This document shows, in pieces, positions 9,344 through 20,285 of a stretch of DNA of 64,000 nucleotides; the stretch's first letter is position 1, and each line of letters begins with the position of its first letter. The stretch comes from an uncultured Candidatus Saccharibacteria bacterium (GTDB lineage: Bacteria; Patescibacteriota; Minisyncoccia; Phycocordibacterales; CAIZLB01). Location: the NCBI GenBank assembly GCA_964450605.1, contig CAYVEK010000002.1, forward strand, positions 14,384 through 78,383. Reading direction: 5' to 3'. A model generated the notes under the pieces. The model was not told the DNA's origin. It did not search any database and saw only the letters and a list, made by a program, of their open reading frames with translations. The translations under genes were made by a program, and so were the position numbers.

Positions 9344-11998
9344 TTAGAGGACCTTTTTAAGGTATTTCCCTGTATGACTCTTAGGATTTTCAGCCACTTG
9401 CTCCGGTGTTCCTTTGGCAACCAAAGATCCACCCTGATCCCCTCCTTCTGGACCGATATCGATCAGATAATCGGCACACTTGATAAGGTCCATATTGTGC
9501 TCAATCACGACCACAGTATTTCCTTGATCAACCAGTTTTTGCAAAATCTCGATCAGTTTTCGCACATCATGATAATGCAAACCAACTGTTGGTTCATCGA
9601 GTATGTATATAGTTTTTTGTACGTGAGGTTTATATAACTCAGACGCTATTTTTACACGCTGCGCCTCTCCACCTGAAAGCGTGGTTGCTGATTGACCGAG
9701 CTCTAGATATCCAAGTCCTACTTCTTGCAAAGTTTTAACACGATCATAAATACCTGGAACATCTTCAAAGAATGTTACAGCTTCCTCAACTGTCATACGC
9801 AAGATGTCGTAAATACTTTTCTTTTTGTATTTAACTTCGAGAGTTTCTTTCATGAATCGTTTACCCTGACACACATCACATGTCACAAACACAGTTGGCA
9901 AGAAATGCATCTCAACTTCTATAGCTCCATTTCCCTGACACGTCTCACATCGTCCACCTTTTACGTTAAATGAAAATCGTCCCGACTCCCATCCACGTGC
10001 TTTTGCCTCAACAGTTTCAGCAAACATATCTCGTATATGCGTGAAGGCTCCAGTATATGTTGCAGGGTTTGAACGCGGTGTTCGTCCGATCGGCGATTGG
10101 TCGATCAATATAGTTCGGCCGAGATATTCTGTACCGGTAAATGATGCACAGTTATATAGTTGTGCAGTTCTATGTTCTCTATCAAGTTTACCTAATAAGT
10201 TTTTATACAAAATCTCATATACAAAAGAAGACTTTCCTGAACCTGATACTCCAGTAACACATACAAGTTTTCCAAGTGGTATGTCTACATTTAGATTTTG
10301 AATGTTATTAACTTTTCCACCAGCAATCTTAATACTTCCTTTATCAACTGTTCGACGATGTTCTGGAACTTCTATCTTGTGTTCACCTCGTAGATAATCG
10401 AGCGTAAGTGATCCTGTGAAAGATTGTGGATCTGCTACGTCTTTATTTACAGGTAGTGATTTTATAGGATCCTTTAGGAGCTTATCGAGATATCCAGCTA
10501 CAACAACATTTCCTCCATGAACACCTGCACCTGGGCCAATATCAACTAAATAATCAGCTTCAAGGATAGTGTCTTCATCATGTTCCACAACAATCACTGT
10601 ATTACCCATCTCTTTAAGTTGTACCAAAGTTTTGATCAAGCGATCATTATCTCGTTGATGTAGACCGATAGTTGGTTCATCAAGTACATACATAGCACCT
10701 ACAAGCCCAGAACCTAACTGTGACGCAAGCCGAATACGTTGTGATTCTCCACCTGAAAGCGTATGTGCTCGACGATTAAGTTGTAGATAATCCAGACCAA
10801 CTTCATGCAAGAATTCAAGTCGAGAAATAATCTCTTTTACAATAACGGCTGATATCTCTTTTTCTATAGGAGTTAGATCTAAACCAAGAAACCAATCAAT
10901 AGCTTCTCGTATAGTCATAGCAGTCATGTCTATGACATTTACTTTTTTAATAGATACATGTAAGGCTTCAGGTCGAAGACGTGCACCGTTACACACTTTA
11001 CACACACGATTTACAAAAAAACTATCTGTGCCAAGACCATTACACTCCGGACATGCTCCGTATGGAGAGTTGAAAGAAAACAATCGAGGTTCTATCTCTG
11101 GAAATGAGAAACCATCTTTTGGACACATGAACTTTGAAGATATAAGATGATCTTCTTTTTCTGTAGTAATACGAAGCAATCCATCTGTCTCATGAAGAGC
11201 TCGTTCTATAGCTTCACTCAAACGTTCATTGAAACTCTGTGATGGTGTATGTATTTCTGTTACATAAAACTGATCGATCAGAACGTCGATATTGTGTTTT
11301 TTATTTTTATCAATAGAAATACGCTCTCGTAGTTTGTGAGTTACTCCATCGATGCGAACTTCTTCATATCCTTTTCCTAGAAAATCATACAGCATCTGAT
11401 AATACTCACCCTTTCGTCCTATCACAACTGGTGCATATATCTTAAACATCTGATTGTCTATCACAACACCCATGACAGATTTTTTCTTTGTTGTTTTCTT
11501 TTCTTTAACAGGTGTATCAGTATCAAGTCCGTGAACTATATGATGTATCGTATCAATAATCTGTTCTTTAGAAAGTTTTTTAATCTCATCACCACAAATC
11601 AAACAATGAGGTTTACCAATACGTGCATACAAAATACGCAAATAGTCATATATCTCAGTTATGGTCGCAACTGTTGAACGAGGGTTATTTGATCGAGATT
11701 TTTGATCGATAGAAATAGCTGGAGAAAGTCCTGTGATCTCATCCACATCAGGCTTTTGCATTTGTCGCAAAAACTGTCGTGCATATGAAGACAAAGACTC
11801 AACATAACGTCGTTGTCCTTCAGCAAAAATAGTATCAAAAGCAAGAGATGACTTTCCTGATCCTGAAAGACCAGTGATAACTGTCATAGTGTTACGTGGG
11901 ATTTCGAGTGAAATATTCTTCAGATTGTGAGTCCGGGCACCTTTGATAACAATTTTTTCTTCGTGATTTGTATCACGTTGTTTCTTTGTGTTTGCCAT
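9344..11998 (-). CDS. uvrA: Excinuclease ABC subunit A
   Basis: 884 aa. Two ABC modules ([15 protein letters not shown]; GVSGSGKSS), zinc-finger Cys clusters, LSGGE signatures. Confidence 0.95.
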   Translation of the reverse strand: MANTKKQRDTNHEEKIVIKGARTHNLKNISLEIPRNTMTVITGLSGSGKSSLAFDTIFAEGQRRYVESLSSYARQFLRQMQKPDVDEITGLSPAISIDQKSRSNNPRSTVATITEIYDYLRILYARIGKPHCLICGDEIKKLSKEQIIDTIHHIVHGLDTDTPVKEKKTTKKKSVMGVVIDNQMFKIYAPVVIGRKGEYYQMLYDFLGKGYEEVRIDGVTHKLRERISIDKNKKHNIDVLIDQFYVTEIHTPSQSFNERLSEAIERALHETDGLLRITTEKEDHLISSKFMCPKDGFSFPEIEPRLFSFNSPYGACPECNGLGTDSFFVNRVCKVCNGARLRPEALHVSIKKVNVIDMTAMTIREAIDWFLGLDLTPIEKEISAVIVKEIISRLEFLHEVGLDYLQLNRRAHTLSGGESQRIRLASQLGSGLVGAMYVLDEPTIGLHQRDNDRLIKTLVQLKEMGNTVIVVEHDEDTILEADYLVDIGPGAGVHGGNVVVAGYLDKLLKDPIKSLPVNKDVADPQSFTGSLTLDYLRGEHKIEVPEHRRTVDKGSIKIAGGKVNNIQNLNVDIPLGKLVCVTGVSGSGKSSFVYEILYKNLLGKLDREHRTAQLYNCASFTGTEYLGRTILIDQSPIGRTPRSNPATYTGAFTHIRDMFAETVEAKARGWESGRFSFNVKGGRCETCQGNGAIEVEMHFLPTVFVTCDVCQGKRFMKETLEVKYKKKSIYDILRMTVEEAVTFFEDVPGIYDRVKTLQEVGLGYLELGQSATTLSGGEAQRVKIASELYKPHVQKTIYILDEPTVGLHYHDVRKLIEILQKLVDQGNTVVVIEHNMDLIKCADYLIDIGPEGGDQGGSLVAKGTPEQVAENPKSHTGKYLKKVL

Positions 11999-12030
11999 AT
12001 ATTAAGCTTCGATTATACAGTGTTTTGTAT

Positions 12031-12053
12031 GAAAAAACCACCCTCAGGGCTGG
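12031..12053 (-). terminator. Possible weak intrinsic terminator after the kinase-like gene
   Basis: Minus strand: ccagccc-tga-gggtgg (6 bp, one bulge) followed by TTTTTT. Lies between the stop at 12115 and the uvrA start. Confidence 0.3.
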
Positions 12054-12114
12054 ACCGGTTTTGAGACGGTCTAGTAGGGTCCCTGGGGTGGTATCGTGGT
12101 GGTGGGTGGAAGGT

Positions 12115-12852
12115 TCAGGCGGCGGCTGGTCGGCTTTGCTGCCATTCTTCAAAGTAAGCCTCGACGGCAGACTTATGGAAAGGCAACCGGAAACGGCGAC
12201 AAATACGCAGAACCCTGTCGAGAGGTTTCCTGGTTGCCGACACATCAAAGTGTTCGAGGCCGTTTTCGCCCATAATCCTGACGAGTTCCTGCTCAAGTTG
12301 CTGATGGTGTCTGAAGCGTTTGATGTGCGTATCACGTTCCGCATCTTCTCTGCCAGCCCTGTCTTCGGCAGACAGAGTTTCTTCAAAGCGCCGGATTGAA
12401 TCATCTTCCTGCATTCTGAAGAAGACACCTTTTGGTTGCGGAAGATTGTGCTTCTTCAAAAAGGCAATGAGAAGTCGGAGCTGTTCCCCCGTACGGCCGA
12501 GACCGTCGAGGATAAGGACTTGTGTTTCCAGAGGGAACGAGAAAAAAGGCTCAACAACTTGTTTATGCATCACTTCGTCGGGAAGATATTCTCCACGCCT
12601 CTGCAAAGCTGTAGCCATCGCGTCAAAACCTGAGTCTTCTCGCTTTTTAAAACCGATCATCTTACGAGCCTCCAGAGTGTGGGATGGGGCCGTAAGGCCC
12701 GCGACGATTCCCTTTGCAGTGGAACCCTTACCGGAGACAGGGGGGCCGAACATCAAAACTACATGCTGAACTTTATTATTTTTCACTTTGTTTATCTTTT
12801 GGTTGAGAGGAATTTCGCTGACTACGTTGTCAAACGAAAAGACACACGTCAT
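12115..12852 (-). CDS. Adenylate-kinase/NMP-kinase-like P-loop protein, encoded in a GC-rich insert (start codon uncertain; alternative GTG at 12786)
   Basis: Walker A MFGPPVSGKGSTAKG; NMP-kinase LID/NMP-binding motif LILDGLGRTGEQLRLL (cf. LLDGFPRT); acidic R..DD segment. Local GC is ~55-60% against ~35% background. Confidence 0.5.
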   Translation of the reverse strand: MTCVFSFDNVVSEIPLNQKINKVKNNKVQHVVLMFGPPVSGKGSTAKGIVAGLTAPSHTLEARKMIGFKKREDSGFDAMATALQRRGEYLPDEVMHKQVVEPFFSFPLETQVLILDGLGRTGEQLRLLIAFLKKHNLPQPKGVFFRMQEDDSIRRFEETLSAEDRAGREDAERDTHIKRFRHHQQLEQELVRIMGENGLEHFDVSATRKPLDRVLRICRRFRLPFHKSAVEAYFEEWQQSRPAAA

Positions 12853-13210
12853 TGTGCATCCATGTACGTTTATACCACAGATATATAAAAAAAGAAAACC
12901 CGCCAGGCAGTAGTTGAGATACTGTTGGTCCTGGACGGGTGGTGGTCTTTGTTGGTGTGAGTTCATGGCGGTTGTGAGGTTTCGGAAAGAGACGAATGAG
13001 AATTTTGAGGTTGGGGCTGTTCACCCTTACCCTCTTTTTCCCTATGTCTATCCTTAACCTCATCATCCATTGTCGTGACCGGATGGTCAGGACCATGAAC
13101 TATCGTGTGCAACAAAGCCTTGTCGAGTGGGCTCATAGTGCATGTGTGGTTAGGAACAGCGTCATTGCTATTCCCGAACAAACTATATCATCTTAAAAAC
13201 CCCATGACAA

Positions 13211-15403
13211 CTACTTGTCCTTCCGCTTTGTCACCCCACCCTTTTTGCCTATTTTTACATCTACTATATGCTTAGGCTCCATCTTGGGCATATATTCTTT
13301 TACCTTTTTATCCCCTTTCTTTTTCATATCAGCAAAACCTGTTTTCTTTTCTTTAGGAGTTTCTAGCATCTTACCCAATGCTTTTATCTCATCACGCAAA
13401 AGCGCCGCAGTTTCAAAATCAAGAATAGCCACGGCATCATTCATCTCTTTGTCTTTTGTTTTTATAAGTGCTTTTACTTTTTTCTCAAGCTCTTTTGGTT
13501 TTATATTTTTAATATCCTCAAGACTGTCAACACCTAAATCAAGAGTTAGATCTTTTCGTACGCTTTTCTCATGTGTATTTTCTATAGCCTCTGTTATATC
13601 GTGTATATGTTTTTTAATAGTCTGTGGAGTTATACCATGCTCTTTGTTGTATGCAAGTTGTATTGTTCTTCGACGTTCAGTTTCATCGATAGCACCCTGT
13701 AGAGAGTTTGTCATATGATCAGCATAGAGAATAACTCGACCTCCAACGTTTCGAGCAGCTCGACCGATAGTTTGTATGAGAGATGTTTTTGAGCGCAAAA
13801 ATCCTTCTTTATCAGCATCCAATATACCAATCAAAGAAACCTCAGGAAGATCCAAACCTTCTCGAAGCAGGTTAACTCCAACGAGCACATCGAACTCGCC
13901 TTTTCGTAGTTCTGTCAGTATCTGAATACGTTCAAGCGTATCAACATCACTATGTAGATATCTAGTTTTTATTTGTTTATCTTTTAAAAATTCACTTAAG
14001 TCTTCAGCCATCTTTTTTGTCAAAGTTGTAGCCAAAGCTCGCTCACCTTTAGCAATAGTTTTTTCTACTTCAGCTATAAAATCATATATTTGACCTTGAT
14101 ACTCCCCGCTTGCGATCACCGGTCGAACAACCAGTTCTGGATCAATAAGACCTGTTGGTCGTATAATCTGCTCTACTACTTGTTCTGAGGCTTTTAATTC
14201 AAATTCTCCAGGTGTAGCCGATACATAAACAGTCTGCCCAACACGAGCTTCAAACTCAGGAAACTTGAGCGGACGGTTATCGGCAGCTGACGGTAATCTA
14301 AAACCAAAATCTATCAGGTTTTTCTTTCGTGATGCGTCTCCTGCATACATACCATTTAACTGAGGAACTGTTACGTGAGATTCGTCGATGATAGTTAAAA
14401 AGTCTGAAGGAAAATATGAAAGCAAGGTCTCAGCCGCCTCACCTGCTTTTTTTCCAGCAAAATGTCTTGAGTAGTTTTCTATACCATTGCAATATCCAAC
14501 CTCTCGAATCAAAGCAAGATCATAATTTGTTCTTCGTTTAAGTCGTTCATACTCGATAACTTTTCCTTGTTCTTTAAGTACAGCCAACCTCTCATCAAGT
14601 TCATGTTTTATATCTTCAACTGCACGAAGCCTCTCATCTTCTGGGGTAACAAAATGTTTGGCTGGGAAAATATAATAAGCATCTAAATCATCATTTTTTA
14701 TAGATCGAGTAATATGATCTATCTCTTCGATACGCGAGATAGTATCACCAAGAAATGAGATACGGATAATAACCCTGTCGTTTGTTGGCATAATCTCAAG
14801 TGTATTTCCAAGTGCACGAAATGTTCCAGGTGTTAAATCACCTGAAGTACGCGTAAAATATACATGTATAAGTTTTCGAGTAAGTTCTGCTCTATCAAGC
14901 TTCGCACCTCGTTTCATTGGAATATGTACTTTTTCATATTCCTCTGGAGAACCCAAACCATAAATACATGATACAGATGCAACTATGATAACATCGGAAC
15001 GTGTCAAAAGTGCCTGCGTTGAGGCGTGTCGAAGTCGATCAATCTCTTCGTTAATCTGTGCCTCCTTTTCTATATACGTGTCACTGGCTGATATATACGC
15101 TTCTGGCTGATAGTAATCGTAATACGATACAAAATAGTGTACTGCATTATCTGGAAAAAATTCTTTAAACTCTTGAGCAAGTTGAGCTGCAAGTGTTTTG
15201 TTGTGTGCGATAACCAAGGTTGGTTTTTGAACTTCAGCTATTACATTGGCCATAGTAAAAGTCTTTCCTGTTCCGGTGGCACCAAGAAGTGTCTGTTTAT
15301 GCATTCCCTGCTTTAACCCTTTAACAAGTGCTTCTATTGCTTTAGGCTGATCTCCTGCAGGTTTATGTGAATGTTTTATGGAAAAAGGTTTATCTATTCG
15401 CAT
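13211..15403 (-). CDS. uvrB: Excinuclease ABC subunit B
   Basis: 730 aa. Helicase motif I GATGTGKTFT, UvrB interaction domain, C-terminal UVR domain. Confidence 0.95.
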   Translation of the reverse strand: MRIDKPFSIKHSHKPAGDQPKAIEALVKGLKQGMHKQTLLGATGTGKTFTMANVIAEVQKPTLVIAHNKTLAAQLAQEFKEFFPDNAVHYFVSYYDYYQPEAYISASDTYIEKEAQINEEIDRLRHASTQALLTRSDVIIVASVSCIYGLGSPEEYEKVHIPMKRGAKLDRAELTRKLIHVYFTRTSGDLTPGTFRALGNTLEIMPTNDRVIIRISFLGDTISRIEEIDHITRSIKNDDLDAYYIFPAKHFVTPEDERLRAVEDIKHELDERLAVLKEQGKVIEYERLKRRTNYDLALIREVGYCNGIENYSRHFAGKKAGEAAETLLSYFPSDFLTIIDESHVTVPQLNGMYAGDASRKKNLIDFGFRLPSAADNRPLKFPEFEARVGQTVYVSATPGEFELKASEQVVEQIIRPTGLIDPELVVRPVIASGEYQGQIYDFIAEVEKTIAKGERALATTLTKKMAEDLSEFLKDKQIKTRYLHSDVDTLERIQILTELRKGEFDVLVGVNLLREGLDLPEVSLIGILDADKEGFLRSKTSLIQTIGRAARNVGGRVILYADHMTNSLQGAIDETERRRTIQLAYNKEHGITPQTIKKHIHDITEAIENTHEKSVRKDLTLDLGVDSLEDIKNIKPKELEKKVKALIKTKDKEMNDAVAILDFETAALLRDEIKALGKMLETPKEKKTGFADMKKKGDKKVKEYMPKMEPKHIVDVKIGKKGGVTKRKDK

Positions 15404-15422
15404 ATGACTTTTTTATACTTTT

Positions 15423-16055
15423 TTATACACTTAGCCTTGCCCGTCGTTTCTTATGTCTATATACAAAAAATCCACAAATAGCAAGGATAACAGCTACAAC
15501 AATACTCGCCTCAGAAACATATGACTCTATTGTCCGAGCATAGCTACCAAAGAAATATCCAGCAACAAGATATATGGTTGCCCACAAACACGCGCTTAAA
15601 ATATTCCAAAAGAGAAAACGTTTAATACTCATACGAATACTTCCAGCAACAAGAGGAACTATTGGTCGAATAGGACCAACAAAACGTCCTACAAAAATAC
15701 TCTTACCTCCATGCTTACTAAAGAAACCTCTTCCTTGTTCTATATGAACCTCTTTGAGTATTTTTTTATGACGAATAAGCCACGCTCCTCCATATCTACC
15801 TATGGCATATCCTATAAGATCTCCCAACACTCCACCTATAGCTGCAACAAGGATGATTACACCAAGATTTGTTCCATTTATAAAAGCAGCATATCCAAAC
15901 AAAAGCAAAAATAACGTTCCCGGAGTAAGCGTTCCTACGATAGGGGTCGACTCTAAAAGAGCTGCCAGAAATACTACAGGCACAAGATAATCTCCAAGAT
16001 ACATTGACCCATCTTCAATGTACCGCATAGCTATGTCTATATAGTGATGAATCAT
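15423..16055 (-). CDS. DedA/VTT-domain membrane protein
   Basis: 210 aa. Signature GTLTPGTLFLLLFGYAAF...AAIGGVLGDLIGYAIGRYGG. Confidence 0.6.
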   Translation of the reverse strand: MIHHYIDIAMRYIEDGSMYLGDYLVPVVFLAALLESTPIVGTLTPGTLFLLLFGYAAFINGTNLGVIILVAAIGGVLGDLIGYAIGRYGGAWLIRHKKILKEVHIEQGRGFFSKHGGKSIFVGRFVGPIRPIVPLVAGSIRMSIKRFLFWNILSACLWATIYLVAGYFFGSYARTIESYVSEASIVVAVILAICGFFVYRHKKRRARLSV

Positions 16056-16067
16056 AAATATGATCTA

Positions 16068-17279
16068 TTATAACACACCTGGTGTATATCTGTTTGATGC
16101 GTTCCATAATAAGAAACTTTTCACACCAAGATCATCGAGTGCTTTTATCTGAGCCTTTACCTCAGGAGCGTTATACACTACTCCGTATATACTAAAATCT
16201 TGTAGCCAAGGCCTCATCATCATCTGCGCTGAAGATGTGCTCATAGTTGAATACATACGCACAAGCCCTTGTCGTGTTGATTCATAAATAGTTTGATACG
16301 GATTTCTATTTGTATCAGCTATACCTCCCCATCGTTTAGGAAAATGTGATGGATAAATCATTGGAGAAATAAAGTCTACGTTTGGCACAAAATCATCGAG
16401 ATGTTGCCCAATAGTTAAATCGTCAGGATTTGTTAGAACCATACCAAATACATCAGCTGACAGAGGAATGTCTTTAAGACCCGTTCTCATGTATGAGAGA
16501 AAATCTCGTATAGTTGCCCGTCTTCGTTGTGTAGGTGTTGAACTAGCAGACAGACCAACTTTTTCAAGTGGAGCATATTCATATCGAAGAATTGACATAT
16601 TTCCATCAGATGGATATCGAATATAATCGAGTTGTATCTCATCAAATCCTCGAGCGTAGACGGCGAGCGCCAGATCTTTGATATATGCACGAGTCTTCTC
16701 TTCATGGGGCGCGAGCCAATAGTTACCGCCTTTATCTCGCCATGGATTACCCTGTGTATCCATAACAGCCAAAGATGTATCTTGTTTTACAAAACATGCA
16801 TCTCGAAATACTGCAACACGAGCTATAACATATATACCCATATCATGATATTCTTGTATTCTTTTTTCTAACTGTTCTTTTGAGATACTAGCTTGAACAC
16901 ATGGGTGATCATAACCTATGTCATACATGATGGTTCCTGGTGCATCTTTGATATCAACAACGATTGCGTTTATAGATGTTTCTTTAAGGAGTTTTTTTAA
17001 ACGATCGTGAAATGAAGGTGTGACAAAACTAAAAGCACTGACATAAATACCTCGAACAGCTTCGGGTGTTTTAATATGTGTTGCAACAGGTTCTGGAGCA
17101 AGGGCTTGTTGTACAGGAGCCTCTTCCACCTCACCTTTTACTTCTTGTTTCTTTAACAAGTCTTCATTGATAGGTTTTAAACTAGAATCACCTGTATAGG
17201 TAATACCTACAAACAGTAAACTCACAGCGATCAAAATACCTATAAATGTTTTAACTGGGAACGGTGAATCTCTACGCAT
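16068..17279 (-). CDS. Secreted TIM-barrel glycoside-hydrolase-like protein (GHL/DUF4015, YngK-like)
   Basis: 403 aa. N-terminal TM/signal, AIVVDIKDAPGTIMYD...YVIARVAVFRD...YWLAP...DEIQLDYIRYP pattern of the GH-like family. Confidence 0.45.
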   Translation of the reverse strand: MRRDSPFPVKTFIGILIAVSLLFVGITYTGDSSLKPINEDLLKKQEVKGEVEEAPVQQALAPEPVATHIKTPEAVRGIYVSAFSFVTPSFHDRLKKLLKETSINAIVVDIKDAPGTIMYDIGYDHPCVQASISKEQLEKRIQEYHDMGIYVIARVAVFRDACFVKQDTSLAVMDTQGNPWRDKGGNYWLAPHEEKTRAYIKDLALAVYARGFDEIQLDYIRYPSDGNMSILRYEYAPLEKVGLSASSTPTQRRRATIRDFLSYMRTGLKDIPLSADVFGMVLTNPDDLTIGQHLDDFVPNVDFISPMIYPSHFPKRWGGIADTNRNPYQTIYESTRQGLVRMYSTMSTSSAQMMMRPWLQDFSIYGVVYNAPEVKAQIKALDDLGVKSFLLWNASNRYTPGVL

Positions 17280-17288
17280 ATATGTATA

Positions 17289-17999
17289 TCATATACGTAA
17301 CTTTTGAATTATCAAAACGAATTCGCCTCGAACTGTTTCTGGGCAGCTTGTGACATAATCCAACATATCTGACGGGGACCCTACTCGTATATCCTCATAC
17401 ATCTTAGTAAGTTCTCTACCAACCACCAGTGATAACGTCATCGTTTCAGACTCTCGAGACTTTAATTCTTCCAATAACTTGATGTATCGATGCGGAGACT
17501 CATACAACACGATAGTATATGGATAATCTAGCAATTCATCCAATATTTTCTGTCTTCCTTTTTTATGAGGCAAGAAACCATAAAATAAAAATGGAGTTTC
17601 TCGCAACCCTGAGACTGACATAAGTGTAGTTATGGCCGAGGCTCCGGGGATGGGTACTATAGATATATCAACATCAGCCTGACGAGCTCGACCAACTAGG
17701 AGGCCTGCAGGGTCAGAAATACCCGGAGTTCCTGCATCAGAAACAAAAGCTACATTTTTACCTTCTTCAAGATCAGCAATGACGCTATCAACTTTTGCCG
17801 AGTTAGCAAATTCATTGAGCGGAATAAGCTTTTTGCCTTCTATGCCATGTATTGCGAGAAGCTTTGATATAACTCGAGTATCTTCAGCACAGATAAGATC
17901 AACAGTTTTAAGTATTTCCAAAGCACGCAATGTGATATCTGCACTATTACCTATTGGAGTCGCTACTATATAAAGTATCCCTGTTTTTATATCTGCCAT
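17289..17999 (-). CDS. rsmI: 16S rRNA (cytidine1402-2'-O)-methyltransferase RsmI
   Basis: Start taken at MADIKTGILYIVATPIGNSADITLRALEIL...AEDTR (tetrapyrrole-methylase fold). The upstream 15 codons of the ORF are probably not translated. Confidence 0.75.
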   Translation of the reverse strand: MADIKTGILYIVATPIGNSADITLRALEILKTVDLICAEDTRVISKLLAIHGIEGKKLIPLNEFANSAKVDSVIADLEEGKNVAFVSDAGTPGISDPAGLLVGRARQADVDISIVPIPGASAITTLMSVSGLRETPFLFYGFLPHKKGRQKILDELLDYPYTIVLYESPHRYIKLLEELKSRESETMTLSLVVGRELTKMYEDIRVGSPSDMLDYVTSCPETVRGEFVLIIQKLRI

Positions 18000-18012
18000 A
18001 TATACTCTTAGA

Positions 18013-18813
18013 CTAATACGAAGCAGGGACACTTGCAAATCCATCTCGAGTCACCACAACATGATCAAGAAGAGATATGCCGAGCACCTTTCCGGCTTCA
18101 ACTATCTGTTCTGTTATAAAAATATCAGACTGACTAGGTGTTGAAACACCTGACGGATGATTGTGTACCAGTATCACAGCTGCAGCACTATACTCTATAG
18201 CAGGCTTAAAAACTTCCCGTGGATGAACCATGCTCGCGTTCACTGTTCCTATCGATAAAACCTCATCATGTATAACTTTGTGATGCGTATCAAGATATAA
18301 ACCACGCAACTGTTCTTTAGGAAGATTGTGCATATCTCTGGTGTATTCGTATACATCTTCTGGAGTACGCAAGGTTGCAAGTCCGCTTATATTTTTACTA
18401 AACAATCTCTTTCCTATCTCACCAACAGCTAAAATCTGACAAACCTTTGACTCTGGTATATCAAACTCTCGAGCAGTATCAGAGACACTCTTTTTTGTAC
18501 CAGACAAAACACTTGTACCGTACTCTTGTATGAGACGAGCAGATATAGACATAACATCTTCTTTTTTGGTGCCCGTACCCAGAAGTACCGCAACTAACTC
18601 GATCAAACTTAAAGACTGCACTCCGTGCTTTATCATCTTTTCACGAGGCTTATACTCTGCAGGTAAATCTTTTAGCTTGTACACGTCAGAATTATTTCTG
18701 CTTAGATTTTTATAGGTGCCTGACTTATCCAACATAACAAGATCCCCATGTTCAAACTGAACATATGGGGATAGTATCTTGTTTTCTTTTTTACTTTTAG
18801 TCTGTGAAGTCAC
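18013..18813 (-). CDS. radC: RadC-like JAB/MPN domain protein (UPF0758)
   Basis: 266 aa. HhH region LLGTGTKKEDV and JAMM motif HNHPSG...SxxD. Confidence 0.75.
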   Translation of the reverse strand: MTSQTKSKKENKILSPYVQFEHGDLVMLDKSGTYKNLSRNNSDVYKLKDLPAEYKPREKMIKHGVQSLSLIELVAVLLGTGTKKEDVMSISARLIQEYGTSVLSGTKKSVSDTAREFDIPESKVCQILAVGEIGKRLFSKNISGLATLRTPEDVYEYTRDMHNLPKEQLRGLYLDTHHKVIHDEVLSIGTVNASMVHPREVFKPAIEYSAAAVILVHNHPSGVSTPSQSDIFITEQIVEAGKVLGISLLDHVVVTRDGFASVPASY

Positions 18814-18838
18814 AAGACTAGTATATCATGAGAGTCAA

Positions 18839-20209
18839 CTAGGCTATGTCTGAAACTTTTACAGTTTTATGTGTTGCTGTGCCATTTAGATTTTCACATA
18901 CAACAACAGTGTCAGAAGCATCTAAACCTGAAGCTTGTGCAACAGCCTTTAGATTAAGTTCTCCGACATGCACAGGGCGTAGTGCAAATCCCATCATCAT
19001 ATCTCGGAAATCTTCCAGTGAAGATGTACCTGCAACTACTGGACACACTGGATGAAAAGATCCTAGAGCTTTATTCCAAGCAACATTTGTAAATGCTGTA
19101 ACAATAGCTTTTGCTCCGGCAGTTTTTGCAGTCGCAACAACCTCTTTTGCAAATGTATGCGCGTCATCTGTAGATTCTGGAAGAACTGCAAAGTGATGTA
19201 ACTCATCTCTCATTTTTTCTGTATATCGAGTTACTCTATTTAGAACAGTTGTAGCTTCAACAGGATAACTACCATATGCAGTTTCGTCACTCATAGATAT
19301 AGCTGTAGTTCCATCAAGAACAGCGTTTCCGATGTCACACACTTCAGCTCGTGTTGGACTTGAGTTTGTAACCATACTTTTTAGAACCTGAGTAGCAACG
19401 ATACAGTACTTACTCTTTCGAACAGCTGCCGCAACCATCTTCTTCTGCATATATGGAAGCTCTTCCATAGGAACCTCAGCCATAAGATCTCCTCGAGCAA
19501 CCATGATACCGTCAGAATTTTCTAGAATTGATTCGATATTATCAAAGCCTTCTCGGTTTTCGATTTTTGAAAGAATTTTTCCTTTGTATTCTGGATGTTC
19601 TGCAAAGATAGCCTTTATATCATTTAGATCCTGTACATTTCGTACAAATGAATGAATCACAAAGTCTACATTATTTTTTGCAGCGAAATGAATATAACCA
19701 ACATCTTTTGGTGTAAGAGATGGAAGTTTTAGATATACGTTTGGAACGTTAATACTTTTTTTGTTTTTAAATGTTCCTGGATTTTGAATTTCACATTTTA
19801 TACCTCGGTCAAACTTTTCCACCACAATAGTACTGATAGATGTATCATCATATGTGATAAGTTCACCTACTGGTATTTCATTATGAAAGTTTGGATAATC
19901 TACGTGTACAACATTCTCACCTGAAAACTCTAAATCTCCTGTGAATGTAATAATGTCACCTTTTTTAACTTCTAGAGGTGTTTCAACGTTTTTTGTTCGA
20001 ACCTCAGGTCCTTTTGTATCGATCAAGATGGAAATCTTGTCAGAAACCTGTCGGATATTATTAATAACCTGCATAGAAGTTTCTTCTGTCTGATGTGCAG
20101 TGTTTAACCACATAACATCAACTCCTGCATTGAATAATTTTGTAAGGTACTCCACCTCGCAATTGTTATCTGCGATTCGGGCAACTATTTTTGTCTTTCG
20201 TTCATTCAT
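18839..20209 (-). CDS. pyk: Pyruvate kinase
   Basis: Start at MNERKTKIVARI; motifs MVARGDLMAEVP and IVATQVLKSM, C-terminal domain. Confidence 0.85.
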   Translation of the reverse strand: MNERKTKIVARIADNNCEVEYLTKLFNAGVDVMWLNTAHQTEETSMQVINNIRQVSDKISILIDTKGPEVRTKNVETPLEVKKGDIITFTGDLEFSGENVVHVDYPNFHNEIPVGELITYDDTSISTIVVEKFDRGIKCEIQNPGTFKNKKSINVPNVYLKLPSLTPKDVGYIHFAAKNNVDFVIHSFVRNVQDLNDIKAIFAEHPEYKGKILSKIENREGFDNIESILENSDGIMVARGDLMAEVPMEELPYMQKKMVAAAVRKSKYCIVATQVLKSMVTNSSPTRAEVCDIGNAVLDGTTAISMSDETAYGSYPVEATTVLNRVTRYTEKMRDELHHFAVLPESTDDAHTFAKEVVATAKTAGAKAIVTAFTNVAWNKALGSFHPVCPVVAGTSSLEDFRDMMMGFALRPVHVGELNLKAVAQASGLDASDTVVVCENLNGTATHKTVKVSDIA

Positions 20210-20285
20210 ATAAAATATATTATTTGTTAAATACGTGTTTTGATAACACAACGGACGTTATACTACTACACTTTTCCGAAAAATG

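Noticed and set aside
11968-12769. ORFs 11968..12399 +, 11973..12428 - and 12320..12769 + inside the GC-rich insert
   Set aside because: High GC suppresses stop codons in all frames. These ORFs overlap the motif-bearing kinase-like frame (Walker A plus NMP-kinase motif) and the uvrA start, and show no motifs of their own.
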